The notes: generated by a model not told the origin, from the letters alone. DNA of 64,000 nt from Leptogorgia sarmentosa (GCA_964658305.1 OZ210884.1:4030001-4094000); one strand, 5' to 3'. Shown: positions 50,087-63,903, numbered from the stretch's first letter. Made by a program: numbers and translations.

Positions 50087-51376
50087 CCAAGTTATGTAGC
50101 TACCCTGTGATGTTTTGTGGTCGTGAGTAGTATTGGCGTGCTATCTTGTGTCAAAACGTTCCATGAACTAATGCTTAGGCCTCTTTATAATTGAAAGTTA
50201 TATATTTTACGTACAGGCTATCTTTCTTATAATTATGAAAACGCAACCAAATTTACGTTCTTGATCTAATCCGCAGGAAAACATGGAACTCTGCTACATC
50301 GTTTAGCTATAGTGAGTTCATTTTTGGCGCATTTTGGATCTTTAATATCATACTCAATCGTGCTGGAACAGGGATAAAATTCATTATTATTTAGAATCGA
50401 AAGGCAATTTTGTCATGAAGTTCGGCTGACGTTAAAACATAAGCGAAAAACATTTAATCATTTCGAAATTTATATACAATTCACGATATATAAGTTGAAA
50501 TTAACAACTGTACATCATGTTTAAATGTTAAAAACGCTATGAATTAAAAACCAAATAAAAATGTACCCCGAACTCCAATACTGTACTGTATACAATGTTA
50601 TAAAATTATTGAATTGAATTAACCTCAATATTGGCAATTACGTAACTTGTTACTTAGCAACACTCCGATACCTGCTGCAAGAACACACAAATGTCCTTAC
50701 TTATTTGCGTTTAGCAGTTTAGCATGTACGATGTTCTTCAAAACTGCTAACACTTTTGTTCTTGTTAAAAAAAATAGAAAGTGATTGTATGACCCAGAAT
50801 AAAACCTATAATAGAACTGAATGCGGTATTCAAATACACTTTGCATAAACAAAGCCGCGTGGCTGTTTAACGAGTCAATCTACGTATAGAATATGCGATT
50901 TCGTCGCCAGCAGCTTTATATGTATAAACATCTGTCGTAGCCTGGGATTATCAGTTAGTCTTTTAAAACTTTGAATTCACTTGTTATCAATATCAACTGG
51001 GAAACACGTTGAAAACAGGCGAAACGCTCTCTAGCTGTAACTCCGAGGATAAAACGAGAATTTGTTTAGCTTCGGAGTTAAAAGCATTTCGTGCGACGTA
51101 AAACCGCATACAGATGGCTCGTTGAGTGTGTTGACTTACGCGTTTCAACAACACAATATTCGATTCTTTGCGCCCAGTCATGCCATACACTATGACACTT
51201 GCGAACCCTCACTAACGCGATTCTTCGCGCCAAAAAACCTGAGGCGAATTAAAGCCCCTGAAGGCACAAACTGGCTGATTGAATTTGCGAACATTTGAGA
51301 CCTGCTGCATGGGTCAAAAAATGTCCACAACGTTGCAGATACATTAGCCGATTATTTCAACCCTTTTCAGACTTAC

Positions 51377-51446
51377 CGTCATCGGCACTGAGACGATGGA
51401 CGCTCGAGCGAAAATTCCCAGCTAAATTTCCGGCGCTGTACGCCAT
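51377..51446 (-). CDS. KCNA: Putative first coding exon of the Kv1 channel (inactivation-ball-like peptide)
   Basis: ATGG start, translating MAYSAGNLAGNFRSSVHRLSADD. Consensus donor G|GTAAGT is phase 1, matching the phase-1 acceptor at 45001. Gives a 542-aa protein. Confidence 0.6.
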
Positions 51447-52487
51447 GCAGTCGCTTGTTCAGCCAACTTCTAAACCAAGGTGAGGGGAAATCCTAGATAA
51501 CCGCCCCTCAAACGATATCGCGGTGTATAAACCAAAATTTAAAACACTACGGTATTTAACGGTTTCCTGACTGCGTCCTTTACTTTGTCTTCGGCGTAGA
51601 TTGGTTCAGGCTTTAAAATCCTGCATGAAATTCCACAGGGACATGTCTAAAATTAAGTAGTATACACTGCCATCTATACTACGTTGTAATTTCTTACACA
51701 GTCTTCGCGCGTCATTTGGACAAACAAAGTTTGTATTAAGCGTGTTGGCTTTGACCAAATAAGGCGTGTAGCTAGCGGGTTTACATGACGTTCCTATATT
51801 ATGACTTGGGATTCGCCGTAAATTCAAGATCCAGCTAATTAAAGAGGGACTCGTGTCAGTATACGTCTACTTGTCGTAAACTTTCAAAATTACTTTTTCG
51901 GAAGCACTTTTGTTCGTCTGTTTTCCTAATTATTAATTTGTCATGGACGTTTTGCAGTTTATCAATATTTAATGAGCGACAAGTACGAAACGTCGAATGC
52001 TTATATTATCAAGATAATGTGGTCTTTTTTAAGACTTTTAGATACGACTGATGTGATTCTAGGCTATTCTTCTTCACTTCTATTCGCTATAGCTTGTTGG
52101 CTATTGAATCGCTTCAATCTTTAATAAGGTTTGTGCACAGCTGTTTGGAATAATCCGAGGGAGACCGTTACTACAGCACTGTAGCGTTTCAAAACAGCTG
52201 GAGTTTATATTGTCTGACGAATTGAAAAAAAACCCTTGAGTTTAATGTCGTGTTTTCAACCGATCATTTTTTCGTTATATTCGGTATTCGGCTGCTGATA
52301 ATCGAGATAGCTGATTAATGTAACCGAAATTTAACACACTGTATGAAACGAACCGAGCGATTTGTTTTTAGTTTGAATCAGTCTATCCGTGTTTCAGAGG
52401 GATTCTTTGGACAGGTGTATTCGCCCGATCGGTGAAACTATACCAGGGTTTCTTTACCCGCCAATGACACGTGGTATATTGCATGCT

Positions 52488-52760
52488 TGGGAGAGTTCAA
52501 ACTCTATCATACACAGCGTATAAAAAGAAGTTTCAAGGCCGTGTCAATAAGAATGAGAGTAGATAAGACCAGAGAAGAGAGAGTTTGTATACAAGAGTTC
52601 TTGATCTGACAACTCTCAAGCGCTGGTCAAACTATAAGATGAGAGTTGATGAGAGTTGATGAGTATTTACCAGTCATTGAAATTCTTGATTGGTCAAACG
52701 CGCACAAACACTATAATTAACTCTTATCAAATTTTGAACAAGTTTAAAGTTGATCAGAAA
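52488..52760. repeat. Degenerate MITE-like repeat with GAGAGTT(GAT) sub-repeats
   Basis: Multiple GAGAGTT / AACTCTC motifs in both orientations. Confidence 0.45.
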
Positions 52761-53254
52761 CTTTTAGAAGCATAGAAATTGCAATAAAAATTCCTGGAAA
52801 TTATGGACAAATTTTTCGAAATCGCGGGGTAAGACAAATTACCCTGCGTTTCTGCTTGGGTCGACCAAAACGAACTGAACCAACTGAACAACATAAATAA
52901 ATGTTGAAGCAGAGAGATTTAATAAGGGGGAGCGACTGGCATTACGTAATCCAAGAAGTAAATTCCCCACTGTGTTATAATTGAAATGAAGGTCAGGTTA
53001 TAAGCTGCTATTTTTAATCATAACAAGAATTTGATCGTCAGCACTTTCTGTCATTTTATCGTACACAGTAGAAGGAACTCAAAATCTCAGTAATTTCACA
53101 ACAATTAAGTTACATATTATTTGATTCTGCCGGGAAACTAACATTCAGGGAAACTGCCCTCTAAACAGAATGGATTTATGTAGCTAGTTCAATATATTGC
53201 TATCTTTATATTATAAAGTGAAATTCATAACAACCAGTTATAAGGCTTAAAAAA

Positions 53255-54190
53255 TAGGTTCGCAAAGCGCACATGTATCTGCGAATGGTGAAGCAGAACT
53301 GACGGATGAGTCGTCGGAAAGCGCAATCGGACATGCTAAAAAGTCCAGGTTGCGCTTAAATCTACCTCTAAAGTATTGGTTTGCAAGCAATAAATGAACC
53401 TAAACTAAAGCTAACCCTAAATATGAAACTAATCGAACCCCAAAGCTAACAGCCTAACGCACAAAACATTAAAACCTAGAACTATACTCAAAGAGATTTC
53501 CTAAATCAGCATGCTGTCTTATTAAATATGCGCTGTTTAGTTAGTGTTGACTGTTCTCATATACAGCATTTCTCACCTTCCTCCTTCGACTCTTTCGTGA
53601 AAAATACGAGGAAATTCCTTGGGAAAAAACTTTCTTTGCGCCTCCAATATGCATAAAACTATGGCTTTATACTGAATATCGTGGGATTACCTAATATTAC
53701 ATGTAAATGTCATTAAATTATTTAATTATATCGTTTTGGCCTTATTTCAATTTTGACCGCCATCTTGAATATGATTAGATTTAACCTGCGAACAGGCTAC
53801 TTCAACGGAATGTATCCAGTTTTTATATAGCGTGCTGTGACAAAACCGTTCATGGGTCGGCCATCTGGACAGTGTGCTCTGTACGCATTTTCAATTTACA
53901 AATCGAAAGGCCGATAAAACAGCACGCTGCCGTTTCAAATCCTTTGTTAAATTACAACTGCACATTGACAGAGACCTGCAAAGTCAAGATTGTTTGCTTA
54001 AACCGTCGTACTTAAACACTGCACTTCACATTTTCGCAAAAATCCGATCGAACATCGCCTTCACTCCTCGAACGCCGCCATCTTGCATTACGTAATTATA
54101 AGCAAAAGCTCGTCGCTGATTGGCTAGAAGCTAACAGCTAACAGCTAACAGCTGAAAGATCATAGCATAGTATCTGCGTTCGCAGATACA
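53255..54190 (-). mobile_element. Helentron/DINE-1-like non-autonomous element, family A copy 2
   Basis: Left end AAAAATAGGTTCGC-AAA-GCGCACATGTATCTGCGAA. Right end CTGATTGGCTAGAA(GCTAACA)3 ... GTATCTGCG-TT-CGCAGATACAAAAA. 12-bp inverted match between 53274-53285 and 54179-54190. Confidence 0.7.
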
Positions 54191-55084
54191 AAAACATTTA
54201 ATTAAAACAACATTTACTCCATCATCAGGTATCTTTATATTCGAATGATAATTTGGGAAAACTCTGAATCAGCATATTAAAACAAAGTCCCTAAAGTCAT
54301 CCCAAAGTGAAACAGATGAGTAATCATTTTATTTTATTTTGTCGTGGGCTTACCCTCACCACGGGGAACCGGAATTCCCCTACTTGTGCTGTAATGTATT
54401 GTTCAGGCCTATATTATTACATTATATAAACGCAGTGTTTACGAATTGATGCACGATAAACCATAATCTACAGATCTCGAAAGAATTTCCAGACGGTGGT
54501 CTTAATACTGTTAGCAGTCAGCAATTCAATACTGATCAAAAGGTGAGAAATATATTGATATTATGTGCGAGAATGTACAGGAAATAATATACATCATTGC
54601 TGCGATAATATGTCTAGTATATAACAATTAAGAGAGATAAACAACTTGACTTTGAAATTACGATTTCATTATAATCGAAATGGGTTCATGTTTTGTGTCA
54701 TGTCGACTCGAGGGGTAATTTTAGAATTCTGTATTTGTGATCGCATTAATAGCCAGGCAAAGCGATTGTGAAATATGAAATCTGATTTCTAATTTCTATT
54801 TATAATTTTTATGCTAATCGTTGAAATATATTTTGGTGTATTAAAAAGTAGACGCTTCAATGATTCAAATTAGGCCAGTTTAATATGTCGAAATTGTTGT
54901 AAAATGAGAGCCGAACTAGTTTGTATAGCGATTACAATGATCGGTACATTGAATTGGTGTACAATCCTTTAATGCCTTAATTTGATTAATTTTGGTCAAT
55001 ATCGAACTTTGCCTATATTGAACGTATCTCAGGTTTCACACACCCAACAGGGACACAAATAGTTCTATTCTATTAAGCGTAAAA

Positions 55085-55490
55085 AAACTCTAAACCTTTA
55101 ACGATACTTTACCCATACCTCAATGCCTTAACCATGCCTTAACCTTAACTGCGCCTCAGCCATTCTCCTGAACTATGTTCCGAAATCATGCCTTTCTACA
55201 GTAATTTCTCAACCATGGTCCCAATAACCATACCCCATAACCATGATTCTCAACCATCCTTGTTAACCATCCTCCTTTACCGTACTTGTCAATCATGCTC
55301 CGGCCCACCAGTGCTACACAACCATAGTCTTAATTATGCTCCTCAACCATGCTCGTAAACCAATGGTCCTCAACCATGCTCATTAACCATGCTCCTTAAC
55401 CTCCTAATCCTCGGCCAATGTTCTTAGCCATCCTTCTTAACCATGCTCCTCAACAATGCTGCTTAACCATGCCGTACCTTAACCGCGGCT
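55085..55490. repeat. Degenerate minisatellite, about 13-bp unit (TTAACCATGCTCC)
   Basis: Recurrent AACCATG/AACCATC motifs at about 13-nt spacing. Confidence 0.8.
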
Positions 55491-55680
55491 GTTAATTTGT
55501 GTTCATCAATCCTGAACAACAAGTTCTCGATGACTGGGCATGGCGCGAGGCTACTAAAAAAGAATAAAAAGCGAGTATTCCTTGATAGTATTTCACAAAG
55601 ACGCCTCTCATATCTATTTTATACTTTCAGGAATTATTTCCGAAAATTATTAGTTCTTTTGCTGCTAAATGTTTTCAAAT

Positions 55681-56163
55681 TAGGCCTACTCTGGGGTCTA
55701 AACTCGCCCAAAATCGCCTAAACTCGCAGCATATTGAAATGATCTTTTACCCTTAACTCGCCTAAATTCGCTTAAACTCGCCTAAACTCGCCTAAACTCG
55801 CCTTAACTCGCACAAACTCGCACCAGCTACATAGCATGATTTTTCAGATTTTCCCTTAACTCACCTTAACTCGCTTTTACCTTCCTAAACTTGCGGCGAG
55901 TTTAGACACCAGGGGCCGGTTGTACGAAGCCCGTTTAACCTAAACGGCGGATAAGCTGAAAAATAAAAACAAGTCTATTAATTCATTGAACAACAAAACT
56001 GAAAGTTTTCAACATGAACAGAACATCTATGACTGCCACTACGTATTTAGTGCATGAAATTTAAATTCATACGTTTACAAGAGTTGTGAGAGTGTTATTA
56101 AATTTTGGCTTATCCACCGTTTAAGCTAAACGGGCTTCGTACAACCGGCCCCAGAGTAGGCCT
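55681..56163. mobile_element. Outer MITE with internal (TAAACTCGCC)n, right TIR split by a nested MITE
   Basis: Left TIR TAGGCCTACTCTGGGGTCTAAACTCGCC. The right TIR GGCGAGTTTAGACACCAG|AGTAGGCCTA is reconstituted by removing 55913-56154. Confidence 0.85.
55913..56151. mobile_element. PIF/Harbinger-type MITE nested in the outer MITE
   Basis: TIRs of about 44 bp starting GGGCCGGTTGTACGAAGCCCGTTTA. CAG TSD at 55910-55912 and 56152-56154. Confidence 0.92.
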
Positions 56164-56281
56164 AAAATTAGTGTCCTCAACGTATATCAGTATCTGCTTA
56201 TTACATGTTCACTGGTATCTCATCTATATGTACATTTCTTGATGAACTGTTAGATAACTGATAATGACCTTCGTTGTAGGA

Positions 56282-57847
56282 ATGGCTTCGAGGAAAACGC
56301 GACGTAGCAAGAGCTCACCTCCAAAGCAACACCCAAACTTACGACCACGTCCATCCAAAAACGACGCTAAAAACCTCCAACAAAACGCGTTAAAATCCAC
56401 AAAGAACTCACGTAAAAGAAAAAGGAAATGTGAAGTTGAAGACATTGTTGACGGTCCGCGTTTGGATATATTTAGAAAGAAGAAAAGGCTTTTGGATGCA
56501 CCTTCATCTGAAGAATGTTCCAGTGCCGTGATGATGGAAGGGGTGGAGTCAATAGACGGCGGTCCTTTAGAATTTTATCCAATGAACAAGAAAGGACGAC
56601 TTTATATTATACGTAAGTCGTCACAATTTTGATCCGCCAGTGGCAAAGATGATTGGGCTTTGAATATATTTATCCAGCGTTGAAGGAAATTGTAATATAC
56701 AATATTTTTCTCCGCGCTATCTCTGACGTAACAATATAGCATTAGGAATGTTTTGAAAAGCGTTATAACAGTGTAATTGCTAGAATTTACTTCGTGTTTT
56801 CTCTTTAGATAATTATGCTTTCAATGATCGGGATTTATTTCGGGAAGGTAGTGGCCACGATGTTGGAAAATTGACAACATGTTTTGATAGACTTGGTTTT
56901 GTTCATGATCCAGTTAATGATTGTAAAAGTAACCTCACTTGTGAAGAGATGAAATACTATTGCGAATTATGGGCCAAGCAAAACCACAGCGATGTCGACT
57001 GCATAATTCTAGCTATTTTGACCCACGGATCTCATCCTGATCAACTTCAAGGTTGTAATGGAAAATACATTCCTCTTGATGAGTTACTGTCACCATTTAA
57101 ACGTAGGAACCCCACATTGGTTGGAAAACCAAAGATATTCTTCATCGAAGCATGTCGTGGTACTGACGTCACTATTGGTATAAAGGACCCCGTTGCCACA
57201 TCAGGTAAGATATATTCAAATTAATTAATATTGTGAGTGACATTATACTTCAAACAGCCATTAATGAAGCATGCACTGCTAATTTGCAAATCATGTAAAC
57301 TAAAATATGTCAGGAAATGTATTTACTATACTGATATTAATTGAGCTCTACCCCTACTTTGATATGAAATTATAGATAGGTATCCTAAATACATATGAGA
57401 TAACAACAATGTTAACGTCTTAGACAGTACTTAGGTGACTTTGAAAACGCGCCCTTCGTTATAGAGCAGTTAATACTTTACAGCAATCCTTTTTTTTTTC
57501 TAGCCACCAATAATGAGCGAAAAATTGGTCATGGCGTTTTCTTATCATCGACGCAGTCCAGTGACAACGCTGGCTCTTATACAAATTCTGGCTTACTTCC
57601 TCCAAATGCTGACCATCTGATTGCATTCGCGACCGGAGTGGGACATCCAGCCTATAGAAATCGGGAGAAGGGTTCATTTTATATCGAAGAATTGACAGAA
57701 ACTTTGCACGAAGAGCACTCCAAAAAGCATTTGGTCGATATTATTACCAAAGTCCAGGGTAGAGTGTCAAACCTAGTGAAGGGGAGATTTGAGGTTCAAA
57801 TGCCAGAATTCATCAGCAGATTACGTGGTCCATTGTATCTTTCATGA
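56282..57847 (+). CDS. Caspase (peptidase C14A); exons 56282-56612, 56809-57204, 57504-57847; about 356 aa
   Basis: REGSGHD (S1 Arg), ILTHG (catalytic His), GKPKIFFIEACRG (catalytic Cys), and p10 ADHLIAFATGVGHPAYRNREKGSFYIEEL...QMPEFISRL. Both GT-AG introns are phase 1 and keep the frame. Confidence 0.92.
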
Positions 57848-59058
57848 AAAGGTACTCTCTTAATATAGAAATATTTTGAATCCTATACTGACTTGAATTT
57901 CTCAGAAAGAGATTATGAACAATGCACAGAAATCATGTCAATCTTCATTTCCAGATGTAATTTATAGTATTTTCCACTCATCTGCATGGCCGTTGCTGCT
58001 GCAACTTCAGTGCCGCTTTTGAATTTTAGATATACAATTGCACATTTTAAACAACCTATCTGCCCTTACGCCATCTCGGGCCTAAATTGTGGGGAATTTT
58101 GGGGTTAGGAATTTTTGCACATACGATTTAAACTGGTGAATTGATTGAATAAATATTCCTGGATTACGTAAGAGAAGTCTTTTTTTAAAATATTATGATT
58201 ATTGGAAGACGTGACTATGACGTCGTGGGGGTTTGGTAGCTAACTTTATGAAGATAAACTGGAAACAGAGTGGGTAGCCAGAACGATATTGGAAGAGGCA
58301 CATTCAAATGCTCGTGTTCATATACCATAAGAACAATCGATTTAAAACAAATTAATAACGTAGAACATGAATATATATAAATATGCCCCCAACCTCCAAT
58401 TATCGCGCGTTCTGGCTACGTTATCGTTCTATGCAACTTTTTATTTGAGTCAATCCCTTTTGAAAGCGCATTTAAAACCCTCTTTTATTTCATGCCACAA
58501 TTTCAGTCGGATACTTGAGTATTTACGACAGTTGTGTGAAGGGAAGACGGAATTCTATTATATTCCTTAAATCATCCTATTTTGACCAAATCCACTGTAA
58601 GGATCTTTAATCAGTTAGTATAATAATATATTCAAGCCAATTTTCCACTTGAGTTCAGCAATTAACAGTCTTTTGTATAGATCAATTAAAGTTATTACAA
58701 AGAAACGTGCGGTATTTTTAGAGAGCAGGACACAAATTACAAGCAACTCATGAATGGTATTAACTTCCTCTCGAGACGTTCGTTTGGCTAGAAATGTACA
58801 CGAGTATATATTTACAAACAAGCGAAGTACTAATTTGAATAAGTAAATTACTAGAAAGCAAGATTTTGGAAAGTTGGCGATTCATTTGTAAGATCTGAGA
58901 CGATCGCTTAGTGACTACGCTATTCTTTATAAAGCGCTGAAAGCATATATCTGAAAGAATGTCTTAGGGAACGTACCATGGAGGAATGTAGCTAAAGGGG
59001 TTGGGTCGAAACTCGGCAAACACTCTTTGTGTTTGGTTTTGTGACTCTTACACGGCAG

Positions 59059-59142
59059 GAATATGTTTCGAAAGATTTAAATGTTTTAGAAAATTCAATG
59101 AGCTTGCATTCAAACTCGTCTTGGCACTCGCTTAGCCTGAAG
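59059..59142 (+). CDS. Possible upstream exon of the unidentified right-edge gene
   Basis: CAG|EYVSKDLNVLENSMSLHSNSSWHSLSLK|GTAAGT. The phase-0 donor is compatible with the 63399 exon. No homology recognised. Confidence 0.3.
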
Positions 59143-59611
59143 GTAAGTAGAAATAATATTTATTTCTTTTTTAATACATTACACATATTGTTCCCGTTCC
59201 ATTTTTTGGGAATTCTAATTAATATAAATAATGTAAAGGCACGATTCAACATAATCATCATATACAACTCGTCAGGCAGTTTGTTACGGAAATTGCGTAC
59301 TTACTACGGCAGAACAATCGTAGCATTAATTAATCGTAACAGTATTTCATCTTCATTGTACGGTACCATGCAGAAATATCAACCGTCACAATTTTTTCGT
59401 CACATTGTGTAACTGTGAAAAGAGATCTGAGGGCGTTATCATAGCATTTCGATTCATTGATGTGTTAAGTAAACTTATATTTCTGTATCAAGTTGGTATA
59501 ACAAAACAATACAAACCAACCGTACAGACACCGAGGAAGAAATGGAGGATCGAAAATCAGTTAAATGTAAAAAAACATAGCACTCTATACTTTGGAAAAC
59601 TAATATCTATT

Positions 59612-59715
59612 TAACAATTAGAGAACGAGGCCGAGTTGTCTATGGGCGAATAGTCAATGAGGACGAAGTCCGAGTTGACTATTCGCTCATAGACAACTAT
59701 ATGCCGAGAATTGTT
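59612..59715. mobile_element. Hairpin end of a palindrome-terminated (Crypton-like, tentative) element
   Basis: AACAATT...AGTTGTCTATGGGCGAATAGTCAA...TTGACTATTCGCTCATAGACAACT...AATTGTT. Same layout as 20059-20166, in the opposite orientation. Confidence 0.55.
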
Positions 59716-60134
59716 TATGTCAAGAAAATTCTTCAGAAACCTCAGCAAAACGCGAGTTTTCTGCAGTGGCTATATTGTTTTCCATTTCTTTTTCGCGAAC
59801 CGTTGTCTGTCACGGAATAGTTTATGTTACGTTTTCACGTGCACAAGGAAAATGAAAATAGACTATTTGCATGCAGACAGAAAAAAATGTTGGAAAAGCT
59901 TAGTTTCTGTTCACAAGAAATTAATGAGGAAACACTAAGTGTTTTGCGCACATTCTTGTCCATTTACGTAATTACATCATGATCGATAGGAATTGTTGCT
60001 AGTTAGTGCATTTTAAGGATATTTCGTTTCTTGAATATACCTTATGCATAATGACATTTTGTTGCGCTGCGTCACCACTAGTACCAGCATGCTTTGCAAG
60101 TATCTGTAGTCGTTTCTATTACGATTCTTTGTTT

Positions 60135-60280
60135 TCTATTGTATTGTATCTTATTCTAGCTATACTATCCTGTCCCATCCTATCCTATCCTATCCTGTCC
60201 CGTTCCATCCTATCGTATTGTGTTGTACGTATCGTATCGTATCGTTTCGTTTCGTATCGTGTAGTATCCTATCCTATCCA
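60135..60280. repeat. Pentanucleotide repeat (TATCC/TATCG)n
   Basis: Visible 5-nt periodicity. Confidence 0.85.
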
Positions 60281-63200
60281 ATCACGTGTCATATACCCCA
60301 TTCAAATTGCGTGTAAAACCCAAGATGCCAATAGTTAATGCTATCAAACGAGGGATAACCATGTCAGAATATTCTGTGTAATTCATGACAGCAAGAATGA
60401 GCATTTTAATACGATATTGACCTGACTACTAGCAAAGGACACGTTTTGCGAATGCAAGAAAACGTAGCCCGTTTTTCAATACTAAAATTTGAGACAATAA
60501 TAAAGCTTGAGAATATCGATATTTACACGTAGCCATTAATGAGTATTTCGTCGAAGCCACTATTTTTCAGGAATTGGTATAATTCATCTGATTGTGAATA
60601 TATACTAGCTAAGTGTATAGTAATTACGACAATACCATATATAGCTAAAATAAATGGATCTCTCCAGTATTTTATATAAGAGAAGAGCTCTGAGATGATG
60701 TTAGAATTATCTGTACTTGTTATACAAAATCATTGTAAGTGTAATTCAAGAACGGAAGTCTGGGCACTTAAATTCACAAGAGAGAAATAGGTTGTCAGGA
60801 AACATGTTCATGTACTTGAAATATTCGGGCTTACACTTAAGTTGAAAAGAGACAATAAATTTAATGCATATAAATAGAAACAATGTATTGTATTACCAAC
60901 AGACCATTGTCAAATTTAAGTTTGCGTGCAATTAACATTTAACATCTATTTTATGATAACTATATTGGTTCCACGAGAAATGCTATTATTGTTAGTAATA
61001 GTCCAGCCACTTCCTCTGGAACAAATTAACATGTGAATTCTTAGCGAAAAAAATGCTACTTTTTACGTTTTTTATTCCGATTAAAGTATGGCGATATAGT
61101 CATATTGAGATCGAGAGTTGACAGGGGCAAATTGCTACAGAGTAATTTCAGGCTCTGCATTTGATAAATTAAACCGTGTTCAACCTAAATACAATACATC
61201 ATCGGGCCAGGATACTGGTATCCAAAATAAATTATCTATCCAACCAATGCATATTCATCGTCACTTGCAACTCGCATGCACTCTCAAAACTCCTTATATA
61301 GATATGAATTTAGGAATTAAGTAACAATATTTAACAATAAATAACAAATTACGATAATATTCACAACAATTGTGATATCTTGCATTTTATAGTATGAAAA
61401 TTTTCACTACGTGTATTCTGTGTGGTTGACGTTAATACATAGTGATGGCATTGGAATACTTAGCGTTTCGAGGCAACATAAGACGGCAGAGTGGGCTTAT
61501 TTGAATTTCATTCTGATTCTAAGTTTCATTCGGAAAAAGTTTTGTCCATGCACCTTTCAACACGATTTAATTGTCCCCTCAAAATTATGTGATATAATTG
61601 ATAATTATTATCTGATATCTGATAATTATTTTACAGTAATGAAGAATTGATGTACAATACTACAATACAACATACTCTCTAAATTCAATCTATTTATTCG
61701 TAAAAACAAACTCTTTGGGATTGTTTTTACGGACCAAACTTTTTCTATTGAAGATAAATCCTACGGGCGATTGAAAGAAAAAATCAATCTTAAAGGAGTA
61801 ATTACTTTTCTTGGCCTGCTATTGCCGCACACTTGAGCAGTATGATTGCATGGTTAAGAATTTTAAACACAAATTGAAGCGATCCTCTGTCATCTTTATC
61901 CTCTGACATACTTTCAATCGAATTGAACACTGAAACAGTATTTGTCAATCTTTAGTTAATTCAATCTATTAGACTGACTTATTTTTCAAACTGCTGAAAG
62001 ATTGAAATTTTCAGTCTTTTGAATTCAGAGAATATATATCGCCCTTGGTAATGCATTACATTGGCATGACAAGAGTAAGTGCATTAAATGGAAGCAATCA
62101 ATCAATGCCATCTATCTGACAAAAATTAATTTATTCCAATATAATGTACAGTGCCTGTTTTACTCTTTTATTTTATCAGTTATATCTGATCGTCTATAAC
62201 AAACCATCCTCTTCGACAACGGTGATAAAAGGGAACTCAATAATGCTCACGTATTTCGCAATCATCTTTCAGGTTTGTCATTGTTTTCACTTGTGTTTAA
62301 TCATCATGCTTAGGTCGTTGTACTCCACTTACGAGATATTTATAAAGTAGATTTACTTATGTATGTGAACATGAACAAATTCCATGTTGAATCGAAACGT
62401 TTCACTGATGGACGTAAATTGGAGTTTCAGGGTTTTTTATCCCAAATGTGAAATTAATCAAAACTGACCTTTTAGTGATGGCAAATTTTATACCAGATAA
62501 TAAATAAATTAACATTTTACGTGGCGTGAAATTGCCGGTAAATTTTTCATATTGGAGAATTGCCAATCATCTTTCATCAAAAATACGCTTAGGTCTTGCA
62601 TGCATATCTAATATGTTCAGATATAATTAACCATTCCCAAAAGTCCATTCCCTGATAATTCCTGCCAAACTGTAATTAACAGACTAGGAGTTTTGCATTT
62701 AATTATTGATCATATAATTTTAAAGTGCGATCCCCGAAGTGTTTTATCGTCGCAGATAACATGCAGCCAGATGGCACCGGATGCGATATGGGCCTAATTG
62801 TCAGGGCGGAGAGTCCATCTCACTTGCATTTCCTAATATTGACAGTGCAGTACATATAATTATATTCATGCTGATGGAGACGCGCACGTGATCATGAATA
62901 TGGAAGTTTATCATAATTTATTATACGACAATGACGTCATTTTACCATATAAGGGCAAAACAGAGTGCAGATATCCAGCCGTATTGCACTCGCCGTGTTG
63001 CACTCTAATATACTGGTTTGAAACCGGTTTGTTTGCGATCTCAAAACAAAGCAATAAAAGCCAAAATGGCCGACGCGAACTGTTTAATCTGATATTTAAT
63101 CTAATAGATGTTAAATTATCAGAAATACAGTTGGGTGTCGTATAATAAATTCCTCGGAAAAATACCTACGAAACTGGGTAAAATACCAGGCCGTATTGCA

Positions 63201-63398
63201 TGTCAAACCATTCAATAAGTTATATTTGCAACAGAAAGATTGAAATCACATCGCACCTTTTTTTCTATACTACCTTACACTTGTTTCATTTTCAAGTAAA
63301 AATTTGGAGAAAACGTCAATTTGAGCGATATTCAGAATTCTCAAAATTTTCCAAGAAATTTTCCAAGTTTCCATTCGGATTTTTTCCAACAATTTCAG

Positions 63399-63600
63399 GT
63401 TACGATCCTAACATCTGCGATGACGCCCAACCCGCAACCATGCATTATATGCGGGGGCTCTGTGGCAAGGTTATGGTCGATGCATAGTCACGTTGGCGAC
63501 CGATATCTTAGAATAAATCCACATTACAACATGACCGGAGGATTCAAGGTGGATTTTGGTGGAGTGGTGAATTTCGAAAATGCTAGCACTGATGTTGATG
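63399..63600 (+). CDS. Internal exon of an unidentified protein-coding gene
   Basis: Acceptor ATTTCAG and donor G|GTAAGT flank an open frame VTILTSAMTPNPQPCIICGG...NASTDVD; the donor is phase 1. Confidence 0.55.
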
Positions 63601-63903
63601 GTAAGTGGCAAAAAAACTGGTACCGAATACAGAGACGAAGATGTCTCAGAAAGGAGCCAGAAATTAACTACCGTGGAGAGCTGGATGGGTCCGTCAGGAT
63701 AGAAATCTGATTCAATTTTGACAATACCTATTTAGCTCTTAGGCTCTCGAAACAGATCTCTAAAGATATATGGCAAATTGCACACGATTTAGTACGTTTG
63801 GTCTTCAGGTGGTGGTGCAATGTAATTGCTCTCTGGTGTGACTGAGCTCTGTTTCTGTCATTCCCAGCATTCATTTCAAACCTAGATTTTGTTTGTATTT
63901 CAG

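Noticed and set aside
52372..52473. Exon-like segment LNQSIRVSEGFFGQVYSPDR*NYTRVSLPANDT after an acceptor
   Set aside because: In-frame TGA, weak donor and no recognisable homology.
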